Below, in pieces: positions 48,582-59,259 of a stretch of 60,502 nt of DNA; the first letter of the stretch is position 1, and each line of letters starts with the position of its first letter. Both the position numbers and the translations under genes were made by a program. The notes under the pieces are model-generated. The model saw nothing but the letters and a program-made list of their open reading frames with translations, was not told the DNA's origin and did not search any database. The DNA is from Bacteroidales bacterium (GTDB lineage: Bacteria; Bacteroidota; Bacteroidia; Bacteroidales; VadinHA17): positions 1 to 60,502 of the forward strand of contig PLML01000107.1 in the NCBI GenBank assembly GCA_003141525.1, written 5' to 3'.

Positions 48582-49901
48582 CTATAATCTGGATAATAGC
48601 TGTTTCAATTTTGTTTCTGCAACTTTTAAATCATATTCAAAATTGATTAAACGTGTAAGTGATTCCACAAAACTCCCTTCTGCAAGACTAACTTCAAGGG
48701 AGGTTGTCTGACCAAACCTAAGGCGCTGAATCGTAATTTCCAGATTTTCTTTTGCCAGTATGGCATTGTCCTTTTCAATTTTTAATAATTGCAAATGATT
48801 TTCAAATTGGGTAAGTGCATTTTGTAATTGTTGATTCATTTGCAGTCTTATGCTTTCAAGATTATACTCATCTGATTGAAGTTGAATTTTAGCAATTTTT
48901 ATTTGCCTGCCTGCATTTCCTGCCTGAAAAACAGGTATTGAAATAGTGCCTCCAACCGATGGCCCGATTGTACGATTTGTTAAAGGATTACTAGAGGGAG
49001 TATTGCTTTGGAACAAACCATAACCGGCATTAAAGTTTATTCTGGGGAATAACAGCCTATTCATCTCCTTTACGCTTAGTTTGGATATATCAACTTGTTT
49101 TTTATAAGCTAATATACTTGTATTGCTGGTATCAAGTTTCTGAGCTAACTCCTGTTTATCGAGTAATTCGTTAATAGGTATGGAATCGAGCACTTCAAAT
49201 GATATATCTGCATTTCTGCCGAGAAGTTTGTTTAGCGTTCTTTTTGCAGCAATTATTATTGATTGCTGATTTAGAGCATTTTCCTGATAGACATTCAAAT
49301 CAATTTTAGCCTGTAATAAGTTTGTTTTTGGAGAAAGTCCGGCATCATAAGATGTTTGAGATATTTTTACACGTTCTAAATTATAAGTAATGACTTCGTT
49401 AATAGAAGCCAGTTCCTGTTTTTGCCTCACTACATCATAATATGCCAGAATCACATCATATACAGTTTGCAACACTCCATCCCTGAATTGAATTTCACCT
49501 AAAGCCTGAATCTCATTCAATTTTCTTTTCGTGACAAACATTTTACCTCCATCAAATAATGTCCAGTCAAGTCCAACGCTTGCATTTAAGGAATTGGAAT
49601 TGACATTGGATGAGTTTGATGAAGTTCCGTCCGAAAATTTTTGTCTGATATTATTAGCTGCCGAAACACTTTCAGAAGCGTTTATGCTTATGTTTGGCAA
49701 CATACCTGCATTTCCCGGTTTGTTATTAACACTGTCGGTGCTGGCATTATTGAGGGCGACCAGAATGTCATAATTATATTTCATTGCTATCCTGATCGCA
49801 TCCTGTTCAGTAAGAGCATTCTGAGCATAAGTTATAGGGATAATAAATACAATTAAGCTTAAATTCAGAATAATTTTCTTCATTGAAATATGGTTTTTCA
49901 C
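48582..49901 (-). CDS. TolC-family outer membrane efflux protein (start may be 49883)
   Basis: Signal peptide, LP..N, WTLFDG, IPVFQ, helical repeats; third gene of the RND operon. Confidence 0.88.
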   Translation of the reverse strand: MKNHISMKKIILNLSLIVFIIPITYAQNALTEQDAIRIAMKYNYDILVALNNASTDSVNNKPGNAGMLPNISINASESVSAANNIRQKFSDGTSSNSSNVNSNSLNASVGLDWTLFDGGKMFVTKRKLNEIQALGEIQFRDGVLQTVYDVILAYYDVVRQKQELASINEVITYNLERVKISQTSYDAGLSPKTNLLQAKIDLNVYQENALNQQSIIIAAKRTLNKLLGRNADISFEVLDSIPINELLDKQELAQKLDTSNTSILAYKKQVDISKLSVKEMNRLLFPRINFNAGYGLFQSNTPSSNPLTNRTIGPSVGGTISIPVFQAGNAGRQIKIAKIQLQSDEYNLESIRLQMNQQLQNALTQFENHLQLLKIEKDNAILAKENLEITIQRLRFGQTTSLEVSLAEGSFVESLTRLINFEYDLKVAETKLKQLLSRL

Positions 49902-52900
49902 TCAATCTCATTATTTATAGTGGCTGAAATTGTATGTTGTAACTTTTTGTCAGCCATTAATATATACATCACCGGAATAACAAACAAAGTAAGTATCAAA
50001 GCAAAAAGCAATCCTCCTACAACAACAATTCCTAAAGGAACGCGGCTTTGTGCGCCAGCGCCTAATGCCAATGCAATCGGCAGAGCTCCGAATATGGTCG
50101 CCAGTGAAGTCATTAATATTGGACGCAGACGTAAAGCTGCTGCTTCAAATGCTGCTTCTCCAATTTTGAGTCCGGCTTTACGTTTCTGATTGGCAAATTC
50201 CACAATCAGGATTCCATTCTTGGTAACTATTCCAATAAGCATAATCATTCCTATCTCAGAAAATATATTCAATGTTTGTTTAAACAACAACAATGATAGT
50301 AAGGCGCCGGCGAGTGCCAATGGTACAGTAATCATAATTATAAATGGATCGCGGAAACTCTCAAACTGAGCGGCAAGTATGAGATAGATCAGAATTAATG
50401 CGAATACCAGCGCAAATGAGATATTCGAACTGCTTTCAACAAAGTCACGCGATGATCCGAACAGATCTGTATGAAAGGAAGTGTCAAGAAGTTTTCCTGC
50501 AATCTTGCGCATTTCAGTAATTCCTTCACCCAGAGTCCGCCCCTGCGCAAGAGAAGCAGAAATGGTAGCCGATTTATACCTGTTAAAATGATACAAAGTA
50601 GGAGGGCTGCTGCTTTCTTCAGTTTTTACCAGGTTATCGAGTTGTATCAACCTGCCGGCCCTGCTTCTTACGTATAATGAAGTAATATCTGCAGGCTGGC
50701 TGCGTTGAGAACGTTCAACCTGTCCGATTATCTGGTACTGTTTTCCATTTCGAAGAAAATAGTCATATCTGCGGCCACTTAAGGCTAACTGTAAAGTGGT
50801 TGATATATCAGATTCATTTACACCAAGATTAGTAGCTTTAAGACGATCGACAGTGAGGTTAATTTCCGGCTTATTGAATTTTAAATTAACATCAACATTA
50901 CTAAATACAGGGTCTTTTCGCGCTTCATCCAGAAACTTAGGAAGTACCTGCTGAAGCATATTAAAATCTAAGTTTTGTAAAACAAATTGAACCGGTAACT
51001 GTGATCCTGAACCCATTGAAGTGGCAATGGTTTGTTCCTGATTTGGAATAATTCTGGCTTCTGAATAACGTCTGAAGATCCTTAGTAGCTTATCATAAAC
51101 CTGCTGCTGTGAAACGGTCCTTTGATAAGGTTCTGTTAAAAATAAATTAATACCTCCCAGATTTGTACTGGATGCTCCGCCACCACCTCCGCCAGTCCTT
51201 GCAAATGTTAAACGCGTTTCCGGAATACTGTCCAGCATTTGCTGAGAAATCCTGTCTACAAGTGAGTTTGTATAATCAAAGTCAGCACCTTCAGGTAAAG
51301 TAATTGAAGCTCTGAGAATACTATGGTCTTCCAATGGAGCCAATTCTGATTTCAAAAGTCTTGAAAAAACATAAATCATTATTAAACATACAAAAGGCAC
51401 TGTAATTGGAATCCATTTGTGTTTAATGACATATCTAATTAAAGCTCTGTAACCTTTATCGAGATTAACAAAAAAGGGTTCAGTAGCATTATAAAAGCGA
51501 GAATGTCCGATTCGCGATCCTCCAAGTCTGATATTCAGCACCGGTGTCAGCGTGAGTGATACAAAAGCTGATATAATTACAGCTCCGGCTAACACGATAC
51601 CGAATTCACGAAACAATCGTCCAGTGAATCCCTTCAAGAAGATTACCGGGATAAAAACAACTGCCAAAGTCAGTGAAGTGGATATGACAGCAAAGAAAAT
51701 TTCACGTGTGCCATGCAGTGCTGCTGTCCATTTGTCCATTCCAAGCTCTCTTTTTTTGAAAATATTCTCAGTTACAACAATACCGTCATCTACAACGAGG
51801 CCTGTCGCCAGTACAATGGCCAGCAAGGTTAGTACATTTATCGAAAACCCGAATATGTACATTATAAAGAATGAACCAATAAGCGAGACGGGTATATCTA
51901 TCAATGGACGTAAGGCTATTACCCAATCCCTGAAAAAGAGGAATATAATAATCACTACAAGTAAGATTGCGATAATCAACGTTTCTGTTACATCTTTTAC
52001 AGATTGACGCACAAATTTTGATCTGTCATATCCTACATATAATGTCAAACCATTCGGAAGATTTTTTTGAATATCATCAAACCTTTTATAAAATTCATCG
52101 GCAATGTCTATTGTGTTGGCTCCCGGTAGCGGAATAATGGCCAGCATAATACCCTCGGCACCATTCAGCTTAACGGCAGTTTCGTCATTTTCGGGACCTA
52201 ATACTGCCTCTCCAATATCACCCAACTTAATTATCTGGTCGTTGGATTGCCTGATGATCAGATTGTTAAAATCATCTTCGGTAACTAACAAGCCATGAGT
52301 TTTGACTAAAAGCTCTGTACCGCTACCCCTTATTTTTCCACCGGGTAAGTCAATATTTTCATTATTTAAGGCTGTAAAAACGTCTTGGGCAGTTATGTTA
52401 AATGCAGCCATTTTATCGGGATTCAGCCAGAGTCTCATAGCAGGACGTTTTTGCCCAAAAAGCACAACAGAGCTCACACCAGGTATTGTCTGTAGTTTTT
52501 CCTGTAAAACATTCTCTGCATAATCACTCAGATCAGTGGCAGTCAAAGTGGTACTTTGAACCGCCAGCGTGAGTATGGGATCACTGTTGGCATCGGCTTT
52601 GCTTACAATAGGAGGAGCATCAATATCCTGAGGTAAACTTCGGGCAGCCTGTGCAGTTTTATCACGGACATCATTTGCCGCTCTTTCAAGATCTGCGCCA
52701 ACATTAAATTCTACAGTGATATTACTGCTCCCGACTGTAGATGACGAAGAAATGGATTTTACACCTTCAATTCCGTTAATTGCTTTTTCTAATGGTTCTG
52801 TGATCTGTGATTCCATAATTTCAGCATTTGCACCTGCATAAGAAGTCTGAACATTGATAGTTGGCGGGTCAATTGCAGGATATAATCGCACTCCCAGGAA

Positions 52901-52990
52901 ATTATATCCCACTATACCAAACAGCACAATGATCAAGCTCATTACAATTGATGCTACCGGCCGTTTTACTGCAAAATCGGATAATGTCAT
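49898..52990 (-). CDS. RND efflux permease (AcrB/AcrD/AcrF family)
   Basis: 1030 aa; GLVVDDGIVVTE, KNGIL, RLRPILMTS. Confidence 0.95.
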   Translation of the reverse strand: MTLSDFAVKRPVASIVMSLIIVLFGIVGYNFLGVRLYPAIDPPTINVQTSYAGANAEIMESQITEPLEKAINGIEGVKSISSSSTVGSSNITVEFNVGADLERAANDVRDKTAQAARSLPQDIDAPPIVSKADANSDPILTLAVQSTTLTATDLSDYAENVLQEKLQTIPGVSSVVLFGQKRPAMRLWLNPDKMAAFNITAQDVFTALNNENIDLPGGKIRGSGTELLVKTHGLLVTEDDFNNLIIRQSNDQIIKLGDIGEAVLGPENDETAVKLNGAEGIMLAIIPLPGANTIDIADEFYKRFDDIQKNLPNGLTLYVGYDRSKFVRQSVKDVTETLIIAILLVVIIIFLFFRDWVIALRPLIDIPVSLIGSFFIMYIFGFSINVLTLLAIVLATGLVVDDGIVVTENIFKKRELGMDKWTAALHGTREIFFAVISTSLTLAVVFIPVIFLKGFTGRLFREFGIVLAGAVIISAFVSLTLTPVLNIRLGGSRIGHSRFYNATEPFFVNLDKGYRALIRYVIKHKWIPITVPFVCLIMIYVFSRLLKSELAPLEDHSILRASITLPEGADFDYTNSLVDRISQQMLDSIPETRLTFARTGGGGGGASSTNLGGINLFLTEPYQRTVSQQQVYDKLLRIFRRYSEARIIPNQEQTIATSMGSGSQLPVQFVLQNLDFNMLQQVLPKFLDEARKDPVFSNVDVNLKFNKPEINLTVDRLKATNLGVNESDISTTLQLALSGRRYDYFLRNGKQYQIIGQVERSQRSQPADITSLYVRSRAGRLIQLDNLVKTEESSSPPTLYHFNRYKSATISASLAQGRTLGEGITEMRKIAGKLLDTSFHTDLFGSSRDFVESSSNISFALVFALILIYLILAAQFESFRDPFIIMITVPLALAGALLSLLLFKQTLNIFSEIGMIMLIGIVTKNGILIVEFANQKRKAGLKIGEAAFEAAALRLRPILMTSLATIFGALPIALALGAGAQSRVPLGIVVVGGLLFALILTLFVIPVMYILMADKKLQHTISATINNEIE

Positions 52991-54060
52991 AACTGATCTC
53001 TTTTAACTTTAGAAAATTTTAGAACAGCATTCGGTTTAAGAAAAAGTATTCCGGTTGTAACTACTGTATCTCCTGGATTTATACCACTTAATATCTGTAT
53101 GGATGATGCATTCCTTATGCCAGTCATTATTGTAACAAAGCTGGCCCTTCCGTTTTTTGCTACTATCAGTTGCTTTGTCCTTGCCTGTGGGATTACAGCT
53201 TCAGTTGGAACCATCAATGCACTTTTGTTCTCACTTAATCTTAATTGAACATCTGCAAATTCGCCGGGTGTTAGCGATGAAACATCGCTCTGAACTATCG
53301 CCCGTAAATTTAAGTTACGGGTATCTGATTCGATACCCTGTTCAGTTGCCATTACTGTTGCATCATATTTATTGTCGTCACCCCGAACTGAGAATTGAAC
53401 TTTAAACCCTGGCTTTATTGTACTGCTGTATTTACCAGGAACACTGAAATCCAGCTTCAAATGCCGTATATCGCGTATTGTTGCCAGGGCAGTTGCAGTT
53501 GTAACCTGTGCACCTATGCTTATATTTCTTAACCCGATGGTTCCGTCAAAAGGAGCCCTGACTTCCGTTTTATTAATCTGCACCTTTAATACTTCAATGT
53601 CAGCTTTGATAGAGTTTATCTGTAGAATTGTCTGGTCGAGATCCAATTGACTTATTCCGTTAACTTTCATTAATTCGCTCTGCCGGTTCTCAGTTTGCTG
53701 TTCCAGTTGCAGCTGGGCCTGAGATTTCTTAAGTTGTGCCTGTAAATCACCGTCAAAAAGTTTTACAAGTAGTGTTCCTTTTTTTGTAAACCCTCCTTCA
53801 GTTAAATTAATATCAACTACACGTCCCGGAACTTCAGGCATTAGTACTGTTTCTTCAAAAGGCTTCAATGTCCCGGAAATGGTGATGGTTTGATCTAATA
53901 CTGTCGGACTTACAATAACTCCTTCAACCCTGAGACTAACAGCTTGTCTGTTAACGGTTTTTTGATCAGGCGCCCCAGAATGGCATGAACTCAAAATACC
54001 TGAAAATGCAATTATTATAAACAGGTTAAGATTACTTTTCTTTAACATAAAATGTGTCAT
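52987..54060 (-). CDS. RND periplasmic adaptor (MFP), probable lipoprotein
   Basis: LSSC lipobox, RAPFDG, TRN, PG.F, VP..AV. Confidence 0.9.
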   Translation of the reverse strand: MTHFMLKKSNLNLFIIIAFSGILSSCHSGAPDQKTVNRQAVSLRVEGVIVSPTVLDQTITISGTLKPFEETVLMPEVPGRVVDINLTEGGFTKKGTLLVKLFDGDLQAQLKKSQAQLQLEQQTENRQSELMKVNGISQLDLDQTILQINSIKADIEVLKVQINKTEVRAPFDGTIGLRNISIGAQVTTATALATIRDIRHLKLDFSVPGKYSSTIKPGFKVQFSVRGDDNKYDATVMATEQGIESDTRNLNLRAIVQSDVSSLTPGEFADVQLRLSENKSALMVPTEAVIPQARTKQLIVAKNGRASFVTIMTGIRNASSIQILSGINPGDTVVTTGILFLKPNAVLKFSKVKRDQL

Positions 54061-54153
54061 AGTTTATGGATGTAATTTTTACATAAAGTATTGCACCAGC
54101 TAGATTTATTAATATAGGCGATAAATCAGATCTTTTTAAAGGCAATAAACTGA

Positions 54154-54161
54154 CAAATGTA
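54154..54161 (-). promoter_or_regulatory. Bacteroidota -7 promoter motif for the RND operon
   Basis: TACATTTG on the - strand. Confidence 0.4.
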
Positions 54162-54300
54162 GATCTTTTATTATTGTCCTAAATAATGTGAATTATGAAT
54201 AATATGTTAAAATTTCATAAAAAACTTTTTGATTTATATGACAAATCAAGAGTATTCCTATAAGGTAATTGATAAAAAGGAATTATTTTTATGCTAAAAT

Positions 54301-54777
54301 TTGATGATTATGATTCAGCGTATTCAATCTTTATATCTGTTTTTGATAACACTTTTGACATTAATTTTCATTAAAGGGAATTTTTTAAGTTTTTCGGAGA
54401 GAACAGGATCTGTTATAAATGTTTCATTTAATGGGATAATGCGCTATAATGTTGGACAAGGTCAGGAAATGGTTGAAAAGCTTTTACCCTTATCTGTTTT
54501 AATTATTCTGATTGCGGCAGTTTCGCTAATCACAATATTTATCTTTAAAAACCGGAAGATTCAATTGTGGTTCTCATTATTATTGGTGATACTTGCTGCA
54601 GTATTTGTAATTGCTTTATTCCACGTTTCTTTCCGTATTGTTTCAAAGTTTGATGCAGGAATAATTCCCGGATTTAAATTGATATTACCAATACTAATCT
54701 TATTCTTTTCAATTTTAGCCAACAGAGGAATAAGGAAAGATGACAAGCTTGTAAAATCTTACGACAGATTGCGATAA
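54301..54777 (+). CDS. DUF4293-family membrane protein (start likely the ATG at 54310)
   Basis: MIQRIQSLYL...FKNRKIQ...I.KDDKLVKSYDRLR. Confidence 0.8.
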   Translation: MMIMIQRIQSLYLFLITLLTLIFIKGNFLSFSERTGSVINVSFNGIMRYNVGQGQEMVEKLLPLSVLIILIAAVSLITIFIFKNRKIQLWFSLLLVILAAVFVIALFHVSFRIVSKFDAGIIPGFKLILPILILFFSILANRGIRKDDKLVKSYDRLR

Positions 54778-54790
54778 TCTGTTGTGATTA

Positions 54791-54827
54791 TGTAGTAGAG
54801 ACAGGTCTCATACCTGTCTCTACTACA
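54791..54827. repeat. Perfect 16-bp-stem hairpin, GTAG-type REP-like; probable terminator between convergent genes
   Basis: tgtagtagagacaggt-ctcat-acctgtctctactaca. Confidence 0.8.
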
Positions 54828-54862
54828 CGGATTGGTGTTTAATTATATAAATTGCTGTAAAA

Positions 54863-55324
54863 TCAAATTATTTGCATATTCTCCTGGGTAGTGATTTTTT
54901 CACAATAATGACATTTCAGAGACACATTCTTTTTTGAAACAACTTTGAATCTTGTGGTTACGGATTCGAAGTTTGTTATACATTTTGGATTCATGCACTT
55001 AGCTATCCCGACTATATTATCCGGCACTTCAACAACTTTTTTCTCAACAACTTCATAGTCTTTGATAATATTTAATTTGGCATCAGGAGCTACAAGCGCA
55101 ATCCTGTTTATATCTTCATCTTCGAAAAAGACGCCTGAGATCTTGATAATAGCTTTTCTACCAAGCTTTTTGCTTTCAAGGTTTGTTCCGAAGGTAATCT
55201 GGTTATCTATGCGGTCCAGACCCAGTATCTGTATTACCTTAAAGAGATTTCTTGCCGGCACATGGTCAATAACAGTGCCATTCTGAATAGCACTGACGCT
55301 CATTTGTTTTGTTTCCTTCATCAC
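54863..55324 (-). CDS. pyrI: Aspartate carbamoyltransferase regulatory subunit
   Basis: AIQNGTVIDH, CMNPKCIT, CHYCEK. Confidence 0.96.
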   Translation of the reverse strand: MMKETKQMSVSAIQNGTVIDHVPARNLFKVIQILGLDRIDNQITFGTNLESKKLGRKAIIKISGVFFEDEDINRIALVAPDAKLNIIKDYEVVEKKVVEVPDNIVGIAKCMNPKCITNFESVTTRFKVVSKKNVSLKCHYCEKITTQENMQII

Positions 55325-55335
55325 TCTGGCCCTTA

Positions 55336-56244
55336 TTATTTAATTCCTAAAAGTGAACATACAATAGCCTGACGAGTATAGACTCCGTTCAGAGCCTGTT
55401 CAAAATAATAGGCTTTTGGATTGCTATCCACATCCTGATGTATCTCATTTACCCTTGGCAGCGGATGCAATATCCGCATATTAGTTTTTGTGTTTTTCAG
55501 CATGGAGTTTCTGAGAACATATACATTTTTAACCTTCTCATATTCTATTGGATCGGAGAATCTCTCCTTCTGCACCCGTGTCATATATATTATATCAGCT
55601 TTTGATATTATATCAGTAAAATCATTGTGCTCATAGTATTTAAGGCCAAGGTTGTCAAGGTAAAGTTTAAATTCGTCCGGCATTTTAAGCTCTTCCGGCG
55701 AGATGAAATTGAAAGTTGTATTCCACCTTGACATTGCCATCATCAGAGAATGAACTGTCCTTCCATATTTAAGATCACCTACCATAAAAATATTCAAATT
55801 ATCGAGACTTCCCTGTGTTTTACGGATTGAGTATAGATCAAGCAGTGTTTGAGTTGGGTGCTGGTTTGCACCATCACCGGCATTTATAACCGGTACGTCA
55901 GCAATTTCACTGGCATATCTTGCACTTCCTTCAATAGGATGCCTCATAACAATGAGATCGCAGTAATTATTAACTGTCAGGATGGTATCCTTTAATGTCT
56001 CACCTTTAGAAACGCTTGAACTCGAAGCATCAGAAAATCCTACTATCTTCCCGCCTAACCTGTTAATCGCACTTTCAAAACTTAATCTCGTCCGGGTAGA
56101 AGGTTCAAAAAATAATGTTGCAATAACCTTGCCCTCAAGTAATTTTTGTGTAGGTTCTTTTTCGAATTCTTCAGTCAGATCAAGAATCCTCAGGATTTCA
56201 TCTGTGGAAAAATCATCTATTGATACTAAGCTTCTGTTTTTCAT
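55336..56244 (-). CDS. pyrB: Aspartate carbamoyltransferase catalytic subunit
   Basis: [37 protein letters not shown]. Confidence 0.97.
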   Translation of the reverse strand: MKNRSLVSIDDFSTDEILRILDLTEEFEKEPTQKLLEGKVIATLFFEPSTRTRLSFESAINRLGGKIVGFSDASSSSVSKGETLKDTILTVNNYCDLIVMRHPIEGSARYASEIADVPVINAGDGANQHPTQTLLDLYSIRKTQGSLDNLNIFMVGDLKYGRTVHSLMMAMSRWNTTFNFISPEELKMPDEFKLYLDNLGLKYYEHNDFTDIISKADIIYMTRVQKERFSDPIEYEKVKNVYVLRNSMLKNTKTNMRILHPLPRVNEIHQDVDSNPKAYYFEQALNGVYTRQAIVCSLLGIK

Positions 56245-56282
56245 TAATATGGCACATTAAATGCACATTACTGATCTGGTAC

Positions 56283-56290
56283 CAAATTTA
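56283..56290 (-). promoter_or_regulatory. Bacteroidota -7 promoter motif for pyrBI
   Basis: TAAATTTG on the - strand. Confidence 0.5.
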
Positions 56291-56357
56291 GTCAAGAATT
56301 GTCTCAACTTCATTTAATGTTGATAATTAATTAAAAACTTTTAATTAGAATAATGCC

Positions 56358-56969
56358 TTAACGAGTCTCAATATATCTGTAGTTAAGACCATCGATGCGC
56401 GAGAAGCGACTTAGAACTTTTTCTTTTGCCGATAGTCTGAAGTTTAATAAGATACGGCATTCAAGATCGAATGATTGTTCTGATTGTCCAAGGTTTTCTT
56501 CCTTAAGGATCCTCATGACATCATTCATTGAAATATATGGATAAGTGATTTCATAGTACTCATTTACCGTCTTTTCTATCAGTTCTGCATTTCGTATTGC
56601 AGACATTGCAGCAGATCTGTAAGCATTTATTAACCCGCTAACTCCCAGTAAGGTACCTCCAAAATATCTGTTTACTACGATAAGAATATTCGTCAATCCA
56701 AATGAATTTATCTGACCAAGAATTGGTTTTCCTGCTGTACCCGAAGGTTCTCCGTCATCATTCACTCTCCAGCAAATTCTTTCGTGTCCAAGCATATAGG
56801 CATAACAGTGATGCCTGGCTTCATGATGTTCCTTTTTAATTTTATCAATGAGTGGTTTTATTTCTTCCTGACCAGAGATTGGAAATGCAAGAGAAACAAA
56901 CCTGCTCCCTTTTTCTTTGTAGATTCCCTGTGAGGACGATATTATTGTTTTGTAAGTATCGGAATTCAT
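56358..56969 (-). CDS. yigZ: YigZ/IMPACT family protein
   Basis: KGSRF, HHCYAY, DDGEPSGTAG, RYFGG..LG..GL..AY. Confidence 0.92.
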   Translation of the reverse strand: MNSDTYKTIISSSQGIYKEKGSRFVSLAFPISGQEEIKPLIDKIKKEHHEARHHCYAYMLGHERICWRVNDDGEPSGTAGKPILGQINSFGLTNILIVVNRYFGGTLLGVSGLINAYRSAAMSAIRNAELIEKTVNEYYEITYPYISMNDVMRILKEENLGQSEQSFDLECRILLNFRLSAKEKVLSRFSRIDGLNYRYIETR

Positions 56970-57044
56970 TGTTGAAAATTAATACATTTACCTGAATTCA
57001 CACCACTGGTAAACGGTTATATACTGAATTATAAGTGAAATATC

Positions 57045-57106
57045 CTGCAGATTTCGCTGATCTGCGCAGATCTGACTGGTGTATCTGCGAAAATCTGCGA
57101 GATCAA
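57045..57106. repeat. Paired roughly 9-bp tandem arrays in inverted orientation (cgcagat / atctgcg)
   Basis: ctgcagattt cgctgatct gcgcagatct ... atctgcgaaa atctgcgaga tcaacg. Confidence 0.65.
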
Positions 57107-57129
57107 CGGGGAAAAGAATAAAAAAATAA

Positions 57130-57137
57130 TACTTTTG
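57130..57137 (+). promoter_or_regulatory. Bacteroidota -7 promoter motif
   Basis: TACTTTTG upstream of the GroES-like gene. Confidence 0.5.
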
Positions 57138-57156
57138 TCAGTAATTGAAGTCAGGT

Positions 57157-57540
57157 ATGAGTGTATTATTGGATGAAAAGGATCTACATAAACTGATTGT
57201 CATTGGCGATAGGATTCTTATCAAACCCAAAATTCCTCAGTCAAAGACAAAAAGCGGATTACTGCTTCCTCCGGGTGTGAACGAAAATGAAAAGGTTCAG
57301 ATTGGTTATGTTGTCAAAGTTGGTCCGGGGTATCCTATACCTTCAGTAAATGACTCCGATGAACCCTGGAAAAACAGATCTGATGAACCAAAATATGTTC
57401 CGCTTCAGCCAAAAGAGGGAGACCAGGCTGTATACCTTCAGAATAGTGCAATAGAGATAGAATTCAATAAGGAAAAGTATATAGTAGTGCCACATTCCGC
57501 AATCTTACTTCTACTGAGGGATGATGGACTTTTTGAATAA
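57157..57540 (+). CDS. GroES/Cpn10-family protein (ORF track starts at 57145)
   Basis: GDRILIKP..KTKSGLLLP, VVKVGPG, EGD. Confidence 0.8.
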   Translation: MSVLLDEKDLHKLIVIGDRILIKPKIPQSKTKSGLLLPPGVNENEKVQIGYVVKVGPGYPIPSVNDSDEPWKNRSDEPKYVPLQPKEGDQAVYLQNSAIEIEFNKEKYIVVPHSAILLLLRDDGLFE

Positions 57541-57550
57541 AATTGTCACA

Positions 57551-57934
57551 ATGGAAAACGAGTTTTTAAAAGGTAGGAAAATTTTAATTGTCGAGGACGA
57601 CCTGTCAAGCAGATTATATTTGAATAAAATACTTGAAAAGGCCGGGGTGATCATACTTAATGCTGGTGATGGACAAGAGGCAGTAAACGTAGTATTAAAT
57701 AATCCTGATATTGATATTATTCTGATGGACATTCAGCTCCCGGTACTGGATGGTTATTCAGCATTATCCAAAATAAGGGAAGCCAATAAGGATATTATTG
57801 TCATCGCCCAAACAGCGTATGGCCTTCTGGGTGATAAAGAAAAGATCATAAATTCAGGATTTGATGATTATGTTATTAAACCCATTCTGTCGCAAAACCT
57901 TATTGAAAAGCTGGTGACAAACCTTAAACGTTAA
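57551..57934 (+). CDS. Stand-alone response regulator receiver protein (ORF track starts at 57521)
   Basis: ILIVEDD, LMDIQLP.LDG, AQTA, KP. Confidence 0.9.
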   Translation: MENEFLKGRKILIVEDDLSSRLYLNKILEKAGVIILNAGDGQEAVNVVLNNPDIDIILMDIQLPVLDGYSALSKIREANKDIIVIAQTAYGLLGDKEKIINSGFDDYVIKPILSQNLIEKLVTNLKR

Positions 57935-57965
57935 AAGCCAGACTTAAAAGACGACTTAATTCAAA

Positions 57966-59141
57966 TTACTCAGAGTAAATTGCAATTTGCTCGAATTCCT
58001 TTCTGAATTCTCCAATTTCATTTACCCATCTTTCTTTTTCAATCCTTATATCATTCCTGGAAATTAATGATTTCCTCATTCCTGAATCACCTGAAAGTAT
58101 GTCAAATGGCATCAGGTTGTATTCATATTCGTATGGTGGCAGCTTGAATTTTAGGGCATCAGGTTGGGTCGTTTCAATTATTGCATCAAAGAGTTCCAAA
58201 GCAGTTCCGACAGGTTTAAATCGGTCTATATCAGTAATATGTATCTGCAAGCCATTACAAATCTCTCCACAGAATTTATGGAATGTGGGAATGAAATCAT
58301 GAATTCTGAATGCACATCCTTCAATATGTCTGCCGTCAAGATTCTTTTTAAGTTTTTCCGAATCAATAAACGGGGCACCAAATAGCTCAAATGGTATAGT
58401 TGTACCTCTTCCTTCAGAAAGATTAAGCGCTTCAATTAGTACTGTGCCGGGATATACCAGAGCAGTTTGAACTGTTGGTATATTTGGCGATGGCAATATC
58501 CAGGGAAGGCCTGTATCACTGAATAATGAAGATCTCCTCCAGTTTTTCATCCTCACAACATTCAGATCACAACTCCGGAAATATTTCTCCTTGATCCATA
58601 GTGCCATTTCACCTATAGTCATTCGATGACATAATGGAATTGATGCACCTCCTACGAATGTGAAATACTCTTGCTTCAGAACCGGACCATCCAAAGGGAG
58701 TCTGGAAATAGGATTTGGCCTGTCAAGCAACCAAACCGGGATCCCTGCTTCAGTGCATGCTTCCATACAAAGCTTTACTGTCCATATATATGTATACAAT
58801 CGGGCGCCAACATCCTGCAGGTCAATTAAAAAAACATCAATTCCATTAAGCATTTCAGGAGTGGGTTTGCGATTCTCCCCATAAAGGCTATAAAGAGGAA
58901 TATCGAAAACCGGATGCATCTGGCTTTGCCACTCAATCATATTATCCTGGGTATGACCATGAATACCATGCTGTGGTCCGAAGAGAGCCGCTAATTTGCA
59001 GACTTTCATCCGATAAAACTTATCGGAAATATGTCCGAAGTCTTTTGTAACACTGGGAGCATGGCATAAGATTCCAATTCTTTTCCCTTTAAGCTTAGCA
59101 GGAAAATCATTCAAAATAGATTCCAATCCTGTAATTACCAT
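57966..59141 (-). CDS. DUF1343 / NamZ-like exo-beta-N-acetylmuramidase
   Basis: LFGPQHG, SLYG..RKP, DLQDVGAR.YT, LDRPNP, PSPN, SEGRGT. Confidence 0.88.
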   Translation of the reverse strand: MVITGLESILNDFPAKLKGKRIGILCHAPSVTKDFGHISDKFYRMKVCKLAALFGPQHGIHGHTQDNMIEWQSQMHPVFDIPLYSLYGENRKPTPEMLNGIDVFLIDLQDVGARLYTYIWTVKLCMEACTEAGIPVWLLDRPNPISRLPLDGPVLKQEYFTFVGGASIPLCHRMTIGEMALWIKEKYFRSCDLNVVRMKNWRRSSLFSDTGLPWILPSPNIPTVQTALVYPGTVLIEALNLSEGRGTTIPFELFGAPFIDSEKLKKNLDGRHIEGCAFRIHDFIPTFHKFCGEICNGLQIHITDIDRFKPVGTALELFDAIIETTQPDALKFKLPPYEYEYNLMPFDILSGDSGMRKSLISRNDIRIEKERWVNEIGEFRKEFEQIAIYSE

Positions 59142-59158
59142 TATGGAGTTTTTCTAAG

Positions 59159-59237
59159 CAAATATATACTTATCAGGCTTAATTGATCAATAACATCTAT
59201 CATAATAATTAAAAATGATTATTCTTTCATAAGTTTG
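59159..59237. promoter_or_regulatory. Divergent Bacteroidota -7 motifs
   Basis: TATATTTG on the - strand (59159-59166) and TAAGTTTG on the + strand (59230-59237). Confidence 0.5.
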
Positions 59238-59259
59238 GGCTTTAAAAATATTTTTAAAT

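Noticed and set aside
54100-54170. Repeated agatctttt motif upstream of the RND operon as an operator
   Set aside because: Only two short AT-rich copies and no adjacent regulator; could be chance.
57157-57540. GroES-like gene without groEL as a novelty
   Set aside because: Stand-alone GroES-family paralogues are, to my knowledge, common in Bacteroidota, and nothing here points to a special system.
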